From an uncultured bacterium (lineage in GTDB: Bacteria > Fidelibacterota > UBA2242 > JAFGTP01): DNA of 64,000 nt. The position numbers were made by a program, and so were the translations under genes. The notes beneath the pieces were generated by a model. The model saw only the letters and a program-made list of their open reading frames with translations. It did not search any database and had not been told where the DNA came from. This document shows positions 24,412 to 33,676 of this stretch, one piece after another. The stretch's first letter is position 1. Every line of letters starts with the position of its first letter. The stretch is taken from the NCBI GenBank assembly GCA_964498725.1, contig CAZCHS010000004.1:26876-90875 (forward strand), read 5' to 3'.

Positions 24412-27400
24412 TTAATTGTTAATATTCAGTTTTTTCATTCGGCTAAACAAGGTTTTTGGATTAATTTTAAGAATTTCTGCCGCACCATTTTCTCCGCTAA
24501 CCTTTCCCTTGGTATATTCTAATATTTTTTCAATGTGACGCCTCTGAAGTTCCTCAAGAGTCAAGAGTGAATCCCCTGTATCGGATCGCCGCTCTTTTTT
24601 CAGGGATTCGAACCACTCCCCCAGTTCCAGAATATCCGCACTACTGACAATAATAGCGCGCTGAATAATATTTTCCAGTTCCCGAATATTCCCCGGCCAA
24701 CGATATTTCATCAGTTTATTGATTGTACTTTGTGGAATTTTTGAGATCGTTTTATTGAACTTTTCACAATACTTATTTACAAAATGTTTTACCAGTAAGG
24801 GGATATCTTCCATCCTTTCCCTGAGAGGCGGTAGATTGATCGGAAAAACATTGAGCCGATAAAATAAATCTTCACGAAACTGTCCGGTTTTCACTTCTTC
24901 TTCCAGGTTTCTGTTGGTCGCTGCGATAATCCGCGTGTTGGTTTGCAGGGTGATGGAATTGCCCAGCCGCTCAAACTCACCATTTTGCAGCACCCGCAAT
25001 AATTTTTGTTGAACTTTGATGGGCAGTTCACCGATTTCGTCAAGAAATATAGTGCCGCCATTAGCCAGTTCAAACCGGCCGATCTTCCGCTTGTTAGCAC
25101 CGGTAAACGCGCCTTTCTCATGTCCGAACAATTCCGATTCAATCAGATTGGGTGGCAGGGAAGCACAATCTACTTTTATAAAGCATTCTTTCCGTCTGGA
25201 ACTACTTTTATGGATCGCATGGGCAAGCAAATCCTTTCCGGTTCCGGATTCTCCTAAAATGAGTATAGTTGGATCAGCCCCGGAAGCAATTTCAATCTGC
25301 TGTAAAATATTTTGCATTTTATTGCTATTCGTGACAATTTCTTTATAATGAATATGATTATTTATTTCTATTTCATGTTTCAAAAAGGTATTTTCATTTT
25401 CTAATTTTATTTTCAGATTTTCCACTTCCAAAAGCGCATGATTTAAACGCTCATTGATCTCATTTTTTTCCTTGATTTGTTTTTGTAATACCAGTTTGCT
25501 CTTTCGAACTTTTCGTGTTCTGTATTGAATAATCAAATATATTGCGCCTGTCGACACCAGTATCAACAGTATTTTAAACCACAGGGTTTTCCAAAAAGGA
25601 TATCTGATTTGAAAATTGATCACTTTCTCCTGTTCATTCCAAACATGGTCAAAATTCGCGGCTTTTAAATGAAAGGTATAGTCCCCGGGTGCTAAATGTG
25701 AATAGGTCAGGTATTTGTAATTTTTGCAATAATTCCAATCCTCATCCACCCCCTCCAGGAAATAAGCCAATTGATTATTTTCCGGAGATACATAATGAAG
25801 ACCGCGAATATCAAAGGAAACAACATCCTGATCATATGAAAATTCAAGCGGGCTTTCAACAGACTGATCGACTATTTTATTAAATACATATAATCCTTTC
25901 ACCTGGGGTATGGCCGGCTTGGGATTTTTTCGAATATTTGAGGGATGAAAATAGGTAAAGCCATTCTTGGTTCCCATTAATATATAACCATTCCGCATCA
26001 GGAAACTGGCGCGCGGCAGAAACTGGCAATTTTGCAATCCGTCCTTGTTAAAATAATTATTGATCTGGCCATCATTGACAGACAACCGGGCAATGCCGTC
26101 GGGAGTGGATATCCACAGTTGACCTTTTCGGGTCGGAACAATAGCCAATATACAATTGTTTATCATGCCATTGGTTTCCAGATAATGACTAAAACGGCCA
26201 CTACTGTCCAGTTTATTCAACCCGCCATTTTCCGTGCCCACCCATATATGGCCATCAAAATCCTGCGTGACAAAATTAATTTTATCGTCACTGATTGAAT
26301 ATCTGTCATCGAAATCATTGCGGTAAGAGACAAATTCCGGTTCCATAGAATTGATCTCTGTACCCGGCAATAGGGAGAGCCCGTATTCCGCTGTACCGAT
26401 CAAAAGATCATTTTCTGTGGTAAAATGCAGCGACGTGATATGTTCGCCACTGATTGCCGACATGAAATTTTCATCGGGAAAGTAATGTAAAAAATTATCA
26501 TATTGTGAACGATAGCGATTTAACCCCTTTTGTGTGCCTACCCAAATATCCCCTTTATTCAAGGGATCACCTACAATTGACGTGATAAAATTGGAACTGA
26601 TACTTGAGAGTTCACGGGCAGAATATTGATAGTGTTTTACTCCCTGTTGCGGAGTTATCTTGTACAGTCCGTTGTTCGTGCCGCACCACAAATTATTTTC
26701 GCCGTCACGATACATGGCTGTGATCACCTGATAATTAAGTTCTTCTGTACCGGGCAGGCGGTAACTACTGTTATCAGAAAAATCATAGACGAATATTCCA
26801 TGATGGGTGCCGATCAGAATAGAATTTGAATTATGCCCGGCAAAGGAGAAAATAACATTGCTCATCAATCCTTTGTCAATTGTATGATGGGAAAAATTCC
26901 GGGCCGGGTAATATTTATAAAGCCCCTTCCCCTTCAGGCTGATCCACAAAACACCGCTGCGATCATAATAGAGTGCATGAATACCAGTGGAATTGTGGGT
27001 TTCAATATTGATTTCATAAGTATGAATTTTAATATTTTCTAAATTTTCCACCGGACTGATTTTGTATATTTTGTAGCCACTGCCTAACCACAGATTACCA
27101 AATTCATCCCTGACCATGGCATTTTTTTGGATATTGAATATTTTCTCTGAAAAATTTTCCTGATCTATTTTAATCAATTCTGTTTTTGCTTCATCGTACA
27201 AATAAAATCCGGCCTTTGTTGAGATTAAAAATAAGTTCTCTTTAACCGGAAAAATAAAATTCACATCAATGGTTTCCAGAAAATGCTCAAGTACCAGTAT
27301 TTTTTCGTTTACAGGAGAAAAATTAAGTTTATAAAATCCGTTATCACCGGTTGCTGCCAGCAGGGTATTATCGTCAATGATCTCTATATCGGTGATATGC

Positions 27401-27882
27401 TGTGAAATTCCGGCAGGAATAATAGCGGTACTGTCAGCATTTAAATTCCAGTAAAATAATCCATCGTCTGTCCCAAACCATATCTGGTAGTTGTCATGGT
27501 CAATCGCGGAAATATTTGCGCTGCCGGTGACGGCTTCCATGAAAAATGAAAATTTTCCGGAGCGAAGGTCAAGAGAGTTTAGGCCTCCAAACTTTGTTCC
27601 AACCAGAAGTACTGAACTATCGGTCTCACAGATATCGGTTATATGATCATCGGAAATACTGTTTTCATTATAGGGGTCAATTTTGTAACTATCATAATCC
27701 TGGCCGTCGTACTTGTACAGTCCGTCCGTGGTACCAAACCAGATATAACCTTGATTATCCTGGTGTATGACATTAATTGATTTATGAAAATCCAATGATA
27801 TTAAGCTAAGTTTATCTTCCTGTCCCAGGAGACAGGTTGACAGAAGCAGACTAATGATAAAAAAATTTATTTTATTTCTCAT
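24412..27882 (-). CDS. membrane-anchored sigma54-dependent transcriptional activator with periplasmic beta-propeller / Y_Y_Y sensor
   Basis: Signal/anchor segment, then about 700 aa of two-component-regulator-propeller-like repeats (recurrent ..W.GT..GL..). A Y_Y_Y-like domain (LAYFLEGVDEDWNY...LAPGDYTFHLKA) and a TM helix (LWFKILLILVSTGAIYLIIQY) follow. Then come a coiled coil and an AAA+ domain with Walker A GESGTGKD, GAFTGA and Walker B FLDEIGE. The C-terminus is a Fis-type HTH. The start is taken at MRNKINFF (ATG 27882); the ORF track's extended start is TTG. Confidence 0.85.
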   Translation of the reverse strand: MRNKINFFIISLLLSTCLLGQEDKLSLISLDFHKSINVIHQDNQGYIWFGTTDGLYKYDGQDYDSYKIDPYNENSISDDHITDICETDSSVLLVGTKFGGLNSLDLRSGKFSFFMEAVTGSANISAIDHDNYQIWFGTDDGLFYWNLNADSTAIIPAGISQHITDIEIIDDNTLLAATGDNGFYKLNFSPVNEKILVLEHFLETIDVNFIFPVKENLFLISTKAGFYLYDEAKTELIKIDQENFSEKIFNIQKNAMVRDEFGNLWLGSGYKIYKISPVENLENIKIHTYEINIETHNSTGIHALYYDRSGVLWISLKGKGLYKYYPARNFSHHTIDKGLMSNVIFSFAGHNSNSILIGTHHGIFVYDFSDNSSYRLPGTEELNYQVITAMYRDGENNLWCGTNNGLYKITPQQGVKHYQYSARELSSISSNFITSIVGDPLNKGDIWVGTQKGLNRYRSQYDNFLHYFPDENFMSAISGEHITSLHFTTENDLLIGTAEYGLSLLPGTEINSMEPEFVSYRNDFDDRYSISDDKINFVTQDFDGHIWVGTENGGLNKLDSSGRFSHYLETNGMINNCILAIVPTRKGQLWISTPDGIARLSVNDGQINNYFNKDGLQNCQFLPRASFLMRNGYILMGTKNGFTYFHPSNIRKNPKPAIPQVKGLYVFNKIVDQSVESPLEFSYDQDVVSFDIRGLHYVSPENNQLAYFLEGVDEDWNYCKNYKYLTYSHLAPGDYTFHLKAANFDHVWNEQEKVINFQIRYPFWKTLWFKILLILVSTGAIYLIIQYRTRKVRKSKLVLQKQIKEKNEINERLNHALLEVENLKIKLENENTFLKHEIEINNHIHYKEIVTNSNKMQNILQQIEIASGADPTILILGESGTGKDLLAHAIHKSSSRRKECFIKVDCASLPPNLIESELFGHEKGAFTGANKRKIGRFELANGGTIFLDEIGELPIKVQQKLLRVLQNGEFERLGNSITLQTNTRIIAATNRNLEEEVKTGQFREDLFYRLNVFPINLPPLRERMEDIPLLVKHFVNKYCEKFNKTISKIPQSTINKLMKYRWPGNIRELENIIQRAIIVSSADILELGEWFESLKKERRSDTGDSLLTLEELQRRHIEKILEYTKGKVSGENGAAEILKINPKTLFSRMKKLNINN

Positions 27883-28204
27883 CCCTTTTACCAAATTATA
27901 TTTTCGTTATCTAAGACCGGCGATTTTTAAAAATAGTTGTCGTAAAAATTAAATTTATTCAGCAAACCGGTATAATAAAATATTTAATAATTTTACTGAT
28001 ATTCAGGTAAAAGTAATGAAGCGGAACATGCAGGAATATAGTCGGAAAAGTCAGGAATATAATTCTTCATAGTCTACAGATTAGAATAATGGAGAACAAA
28101 AAATTTATAGAAGTAATAAACTAACTTTTTTTCTTATTATGAAACATTAATATTTTGTAATCGTATGAAAGTTGTTAATTAAAATTAAAAAAGGAGAAAT
28201 TTTC

Positions 28205-28732
28205 ATGTTAAAACATTTAGGCAGTGAACGGAGAATTGAATTGGTTTTAGTGGTGGCGCTTTTTTTTCTGTTACCACAAATTGCTTTAAGCCAGCAACCA
28301 AACCAAATGCCTAATCAAATGCAAGGGCAAGAGCAAGCTAAGTCCATTGAAGTATCTGACGAAGAAGTCACAACATTTGTTAAAGCCCAAAATAAACTTC
28401 TGGATGTTCAGGAAAAATCCACTGAAAAGATGATGACCACTATTGAAGATGAAGGTCTTGATGTGGAGGTATATAACAAAATCGCACGGCAGGCCCAAAG
28501 GGCTAATTCTGCAGAAGATATTAATGCCACTGAAACAGAGTTACAAAAATTCCAAAATGCCTCAACTAAAGTTTCGAAAATTCAGCAATCAATGCAGCAA
28601 GATCAGGAAGAAGTACTGAAAAAAATGGATATGTCACCAAAACGCTACCAGGAAATTGAGATGGCGGCAATGCAAGATATGAAATTACAGGAAAGAATTA
28701 TTAATAAAATGGATAAAGATAAAGAAAAATAA
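28205..28732 (+). CDS. secreted DUF4168-like protein
   Basis: Signal peptide. VSDEEVTTFVKAQNKLLDVQEKSTEKMMTTIEDEGLDVEVYNKI resembles the DUF4168 repeat. AAGGAG RBS before ATG 28205. Confidence 0.5.
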   Translation: MLKHLGSERRIELVLVVALFFLLPQIALSQQPNQMPNQMQGQEQAKSIEVSDEEVTTFVKAQNKLLDVQEKSTEKMMTTIEDEGLDVEVYNKIARQAQRANSAEDINATETELQKFQNASTKVSKIQQSMQQDQEEVLKKMDMSPKRYQEIEMAAMQDMKLQERIINKMDKDKEK

Positions 28733-28828
28733 TCCTAATCATTCATTGAATATCCGGGCTTTTTACGGATAGAATAACATTCAGGTTAAACCTTGTTATT
28801 CCGGTCTTAGCCAGGTAAATGTTTATTC

Positions 28829-28866
28829 AACAACGGTTCCGTAAATTCGGAACCGTTGTTATTTTT
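28829..28866 (+). terminator. rho-independent terminator
   Basis: A 13-bp perfect stem AACAACGGTTCCG / CGGAACCGTTGTT followed by ATTTTT. Confidence 0.75.
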
Positions 28867-28969
28867 AGTATTAAAAAAATTCTATGATATGAAAAATGTA
28901 TATCTGTTTGAAGCAGCCTTAATATTAAATGCAGGGGCTAACTCATGAATTCGCCCATCAACCAATGCC

Positions 28970-29497
28970 TTAGAAAATAAACAATCCAATCAGACCACAA
29001 GATAAAATCACAAAAATCGGATGTAATTTACCTTCAAATATTATCAGCACGGCCAGAGCGGCAACTGCCAGAAACAAATCTATCCGGTTTTCCAGGACTT
29101 CGGAACCGTAAGACCAGGTGGCATAAAAAATTAAGCTCAACACTCCCACTTGCAAACCTTCCCGAAACTTGATTATGTGTTCATTGGAACCGACCTTCTC
29201 AACAAGGGGAGCAATGATTATGAGAATCGTAATTGATGGAAGAACGACAGCAATTGTAGCTATTATAGCACCCAAAATACCGTTTATGCGTAATCCCACA
29301 AAAGTTGCGGCATTGACTGCAATTGGTCCCGGGGTCATTTGTGCAATTGCCAGAAGCGAGGCCATTTCTTTAAAAACCAGCCAGTTTTGCTGAGTCACTA
29401 TTTCATGCTGGATAAGAGGAATCGTCACCAATCCGCCGCCATAAGCGCCAATGCCAATTAATGTAAAACTTTTAAATATCTGTATTAATGTTCGCAA
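28970..29497 (-). CDS. chromate transporter family protein, half-size (short-chain ChrA)
   Basis: GGGLVTIPLIQHEIV..W....F....AIAQMTPGPIAVN is the ChrA domain pattern. Paired with the adjacent half-size paralog. Confidence 0.75.
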   Translation of the reverse strand: MRTLIQIFKSFTLIGIGAYGGGLVTIPLIQHEIVTQQNWLVFKEMASLLAIAQMTPGPIAVNAATFVGLRINGILGAIIATIAVVLPSITILIIIAPLVEKVGSNEHIIKFREGLQVGVLSLIFYATWSYGSEVLENRIDLFLAVAALAVLIIFEGKLHPIFVILSCGLIGLFIF

Positions 29498-29528
29498 TCT
29501 GTCTCCGTGGATTATTCAAAATATATAT

Positions 29529-30110
29529 TTATTCGGGGTGTTTACATAAAAAATATCCCAGCACCCCACTGCCAATTATGCTCCAAATAGGATGAAACTT
29601 CAACCCCAGAACAATTACAACTCCAACGATAAAGACAATTATATTTTGCCAATATCGCAAATGTTTTCTGCCAAAAACATATACGGTAAATGCCAGCTGG
29701 GCTGAAACTGCTACAGCGCAGCCGTGTAAAAAAGCTGCAACTCTAGGATAATTAAAGTAGGGCAAAGCAACAAAATATATCAATAAAATTATAAAAAAAG
29801 AGGGAAGCACAGTTCCCAGCATCGCCATCATTGCACCGGATTTTCCGCGTAAGCGTCTTCCCTGCAAATAAGCAAAATTCATGGCTATGGCTCCGGGAAC
29901 AAGAGTCGCCGTTGACATTTCCTTAATAAATTCCCTGTCACTGATCCATTTTCGCTTAAGTACCAATTCATGCCGCATAACAGTTGCCATGGCTAGGCCA
30001 CCACCTAAAGTAAACATACCGATTCTAAAATAAGTTAAAAAAATTAAACCGAATGGCACTGAATTTTTTCTATTATGTTTTTCTCCCTCACTATTGCTGT
30101 CATTTAACAT
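29529..30110 (-). CDS. chromate transporter family protein, half-size (short-chain ChrA)
   Basis: FRIGMFTLGGGLAMATVMRHELV..KWISDREF......TLVPGAIAMN is the ChrA domain pattern. Confidence 0.75.
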   Translation of the reverse strand: MLNDSNSEGEKHNRKNSVPFGLIFLTYFRIGMFTLGGGLAMATVMRHELVLKRKWISDREFIKEMSTATLVPGAIAMNFAYLQGRRLRGKSGAMMAMLGTVLPSFFIILLIYFVALPYFNYPRVAAFLHGCAVAVSAQLAFTVYVFGRKHLRYWQNIIVFIVGVVIVLGLKFHPIWSIIGSGVLGYFLCKHPE

Positions 30111-30240
30111 TGGATCGCTATTTTTTCCCTTTCCAAACTTTATATTTGATAATTAAAAACATGCAAAATTACTCAAAATAATTATAAAATGAAACCATAA
30201 TAAGAAATTGTCTTTTTTCTATCCAACAATTATTCATCCA

Positions 30241-30346
30241 TTCAGGTTAATCCCGATAGTTTCCACTGGAACATCCGGCCTCTGGCGGAAGGAAACGTAT
30301 CGGCGCGGAGCGGGCATTATTCATATTTTTATGAATAATGCAGGTT
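30241..30346 (+). repeat. hairpin repeat family 2, copy C
   Basis: TTCAGGTTAATCCCGATAGTTTCCACTGGAACAT...GGAAACGTATCGGCGCGGAGCGGG + CATTATTCATATTTTTATGAATAATGCAGG. It abuts the marC stop codon. ORF 30208..30408 is an artefact of this element. Confidence 0.75.
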
Positions 30347-30953
30347 ATAGACCCCACCAGTCTTTGATTCCGTTCATCAACATCTGTATTGCTACAGTGC
30401 CGAGGTAAAGAGAAGTCACTTTACCCATGACACTGACATACCGGTCAATGACACGGGCGTTTTTAGGCAGGACAATATCATGGATGATCTTCAGTAGAAT
30501 AAGCACACCAATGGTAAATGTGACAGCAATAATGATCGCCAGAGAGGCCTTTAAAACACCCAGGTTTTTACCCGCTAACACGCTGACATTCAATGAGCCG
30601 GGGCCAATCAAAATCGGCATGGCAATAGCGCCTACTTTATCCTGGGAATCACCTCTGAGGCTGGAAATAGCGGCATTTCCATTGAACATAAAATTGATAC
30701 TGATCAGTAAAAATACAATCCCTCCGAAAATCTGAAAGGATTCAAACTTGGCATGGATAAAACTCTGAAAAATTATTTCACCGGTAATGGCAAAAGCAAT
30801 GAACACTATACTACTGATCATACCGGCCATTCCGAGGATACCGGCAAACTCCTTCAGGGTAATGGTTTTAATGATTTCCACCAGGTAAATCACCAGTAAA
30901 AATGGATTTAAAAGCATTATCATTAAAATAATCATTTGAAAAAAACTATCCAT
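30345..30953 (-). CDS. MarC-family (UPF0056/NAAT) integral membrane protein
   Basis: Six hydrophobic segments. The IAMPILIGPGSL block is typical of MarC-family proteins. Confidence 0.7.
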   Translation of the reverse strand: MDSFFQMIILMIMLLNPFLLVIYLVEIIKTITLKEFAGILGMAGMISSIVFIAFAITGEIIFQSFIHAKFESFQIFGGIVFLLISINFMFNGNAAISSLRGDSQDKVGAIAMPILIGPGSLNVSVLAGKNLGVLKASLAIIIAVTFTIGVLILLKIIHDIVLPKNARVIDRYVSVMGKVTSLYLGTVAIQMLMNGIKDWWGL

Positions 30954-30965
30954 TATTACCTTTGT

Positions 30966-33674
30966 TTATTTTATTAATAACATCTTTTGAACTTTATACT
31001 TATCCGACTGCCGTAAATATATGAAATATATTCCGCTACTTGCAAATTCACCCCTATCGGTCAATCCGTCCCAGTGAAATATGTGCAATCCTTTTGTGTA
31101 ATTATCAAATTGAAATTCACGAACAGTCTGACCTCTGAGATTAATAATTTTCAGACTTGCTCTCTGATTGTTTTTCAGCCGGACCATCAATTTTGTATAA
31201 TTGCCGGATTTTACGAGAAATGGATTGGGAGCGGCTGAATATATTTTCAAATTTTCATCAGCTGAAGTTGTTAATTCTCCGGGATATTTAAAATCCAGGA
31301 TTTCTTCATAATTACCATTATCAAAAGACGCTGTGAATCTATTGGTATTGACCATTGTGGAATCTATCATCAAATCAACCTTAACGGTATCCTCATCCTG
31401 TACTATACCACTAATGGGTGTTATGGCTAAAAATGACGGTTGATTTTTAAACTCAAAATGCCCGCTGCCCTTACCGATATTAAAAACCCTGGCGGTGATA
31501 TGATTTTTTCTAAAATTATCCGATCCTAAAATAAAGGCTGTTTGCGGCCGGTCAGGATTCCTTTTTATCAATGCCGTAAAAATCGAATCCTCATTAGCAT
31601 TGGAAGTAAAATGAATATTGTCTTTGTACAAACCGGGAAGCAGTGCCGCGGTATCAGGACGAACTTCAATTTCCATCTTGCCGGCACTCAAAACACCCTC
31701 TGTAGGGGACAAATTCAAATAGTCAGGACCACTCGATACTTTCCACTTTAAGGCTTCAGTGCCAATATTTTCAACAACAATATTACGGATTGAATCTGAC
31801 TGAAATAAAAACAAACTGTCGGGCATTACAACCAATCCCGGCGGCGCAAAAATCTCCTGGGTAACCACAGCACGAATCAGCCAGTTGCCTTCCAGTTTTC
31901 CTTCGCTTTCAGAGAGTTGAAAACTATTCAAATTATAAAAAGCGCTTCCGCTGGATAGATAGGAATATCTAAATCCCTGATCGGTTTCCGAATAGCCGAT
32001 GCTGTAATTATCATCGGTTGCCGAACCAATGGAAACATAAAATGAATCCTTGTCAATTTCCAGTGGTTCCGGGAGATTAAACAATGTCCACTCCTGGTAA
32101 TTGGGCGTCACTTCATTGTAAGTTTTCAGCGGCGCCGCTGTCAAACGCTCATAAATTTTTACATTTACCGGCGTTGATGTGCCAGCATTAAATTTTACCG
32201 CCTTTAAATCGGATTTTTGATCCAGATAAAACTTTTCCGCCGCCACATTATTCTTGTCCAGGGAAATGTAATAATCCAACTGATCGTCATCATGACTTAA
32301 TTCTATCTCCTGCGTTCCGCCGACTCCAATGGCGGAATAGGAAAAATCCAATTGATTGGAATTATCCAATGTGGCTGTCCAGGCGACAATAAAACTGAGT
32401 TTGTCATAGGCTTCACCAAACTCCAGGTCTTCCAGCACAAAATTTCCCGAGCTGATATCGATTTCCTCAATTTCCGTGATATCCTTCTCTTTTATCATGA
32501 TCAGTTTAGACAGGGAATGCTGCTCAATATTTATTTCAAAATTGATGTTTTTGCCGCCATTGAACTGCAAGTATTGGGTGGCTTGCGGTTTGACTGTTGC
32601 CTGTATGATTTGTCCGTCAGTAAAATTGGAATGGAAATATTTCGATTGGACGCTGGGTATAGCCATACCATAATAACTATATCTTCCGTCACCAATCGTT
32701 TCATCATTAACTAAATTGGCAATGAACCATTCCTTTAAAATATCCTTAAAAGTGAGATCATATCCCAGGGCTTGAATACTTTGCTCATAACTAAGCGTAC
32801 TGTTGCTCTGATTGCGCAGTACATGTTGAATGGCTTCTTCACCAAACCGCTGGTAAATATAAAAAGTCCACAAGCCAACCTTTGAATAATCCAGCAGGGA
32901 ACCGTCAAACTCAGCCAACTTACGGTTGGTATCAACCAGATATCTGGAATAAGAATGCGCATCGTATCCTAATAATTTCGGCGCCAGTTCGGAAAAGCCC
33001 TCATTTAACCAGGTACTTTCATTTGGATCATAGTTGTAGTGAATCAAATGCTGTAATTCATGGGCAACAATTCCAAGCGTGTAGGGATCATCGGTTTTGG
33101 CAGGATTTGTATCAATATAAATGATATCACTGTAATTGCCCTTGCTTTTGCTTTGGTCGAGGGGATCAAAATATCCCGCGACATAGGTATCGGAACTGCC
33201 CTGTTCATAACCATCCCTGGCATCAACCAGCAGGACAAATAATTTATCATTGTTGTCCACATCGGGCACATCCCCAAAGATCGATGTCAGGTTATTGTAA
33301 ATGCCTTTATTGGGGTCTTTTGATCCGGTGGGTGTTTCATGCAGCATGGAGCGCACGATAGAAGTAACCGACTGATCGGTAATATTGCCGTTGTCATATT
33401 CATCGGTTTCGGCATAGATCACGATCATGCTGTCTTCATAAAGTTTGTAAAACTCAACACTTACCAATTCCACCGGTGAAGCATGCAGGTCTTCGCGAAG
33501 ATAAAAAGTGGTATCTCCCACCGTTGCGCTTTTGGCTAATGGCTGAATAACTCTGTCAATGTTTAACTGATGGGTTAATTGAAAAGGAGCCGGTCTTGGA
33601 ACCGGCTCTTTTTTTATCTGACTCAATAAATTTGAGGCTATAATCAGGTATAAAAATATTTGTAAAAATTTCAT
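30966..33674 (-). CDS. secreted putative zinc metalloprotease (HExxH) with T9SS type-A C-terminal sorting domain
   Basis: Signal peptide. GIVAHELQHLIHY is an HExxH motif in an M30-like HE(F/L)QH context (family assignment uncertain). The C-terminus APNPFLVKSGNYTKLMVRL...LKIINLRGQTVREF....GLHIFHWDG.....ASSGIYFIYL......VQKMLLIK is a good T9SS CTD pattern. Confidence 0.65.
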   Translation of the reverse strand: MKFLQIFLYLIIASNLLSQIKKEPVPRPAPFQLTHQLNIDRVIQPLAKSATVGDTTFYLREDLHASPVELVSVEFYKLYEDSMIVIYAETDEYDNGNITDQSVTSIVRSMLHETPTGSKDPNKGIYNNLTSIFGDVPDVDNNDKLFVLLVDARDGYEQGSSDTYVAGYFDPLDQSKSKGNYSDIIYIDTNPAKTDDPYTLGIVAHELQHLIHYNYDPNESTWLNEGFSELAPKLLGYDAHSYSRYLVDTNRKLAEFDGSLLDYSKVGLWTFYIYQRFGEEAIQHVLRNQSNSTLSYEQSIQALGYDLTFKDILKEWFIANLVNDETIGDGRYSYYGMAIPSVQSKYFHSNFTDGQIIQATVKPQATQYLQFNGGKNINFEINIEQHSLSKLIMIKEKDITEIEEIDISSGNFVLEDLEFGEAYDKLSFIVAWTATLDNSNQLDFSYSAIGVGGTQEIELSHDDDQLDYYISLDKNNVAAEKFYLDQKSDLKAVKFNAGTSTPVNVKIYERLTAAPLKTYNEVTPNYQEWTLFNLPEPLEIDKDSFYVSIGSATDDNYSIGYSETDQGFRYSYLSSGSAFYNLNSFQLSESEGKLEGNWLIRAVVTQEIFAPPGLVVMPDSLFLFQSDSIRNIVVENIGTEALKWKVSSGPDYLNLSPTEGVLSAGKMEIEVRPDTAALLPGLYKDNIHFTSNANEDSIFTALIKRNPDRPQTAFILGSDNFRKNHITARVFNIGKGSGHFEFKNQPSFLAITPISGIVQDEDTVKVDLMIDSTMVNTNRFTASFDNGNYEEILDFKYPGELTTSADENLKIYSAAPNPFLVKSGNYTKLMVRLKNNQRASLKIINLRGQTVREFQFDNYTKGLHIFHWDGLTDRGEFASSGIYFIYLRQSDKYKVQKMLLIK

Positions 33675-33676
33675 TG

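Noticed and set aside
30208-30408. ORF of 66 aa on the + strand.
   Set aside because: It is composed of hairpin repeat copy C plus the antisense of the marC 3' end.
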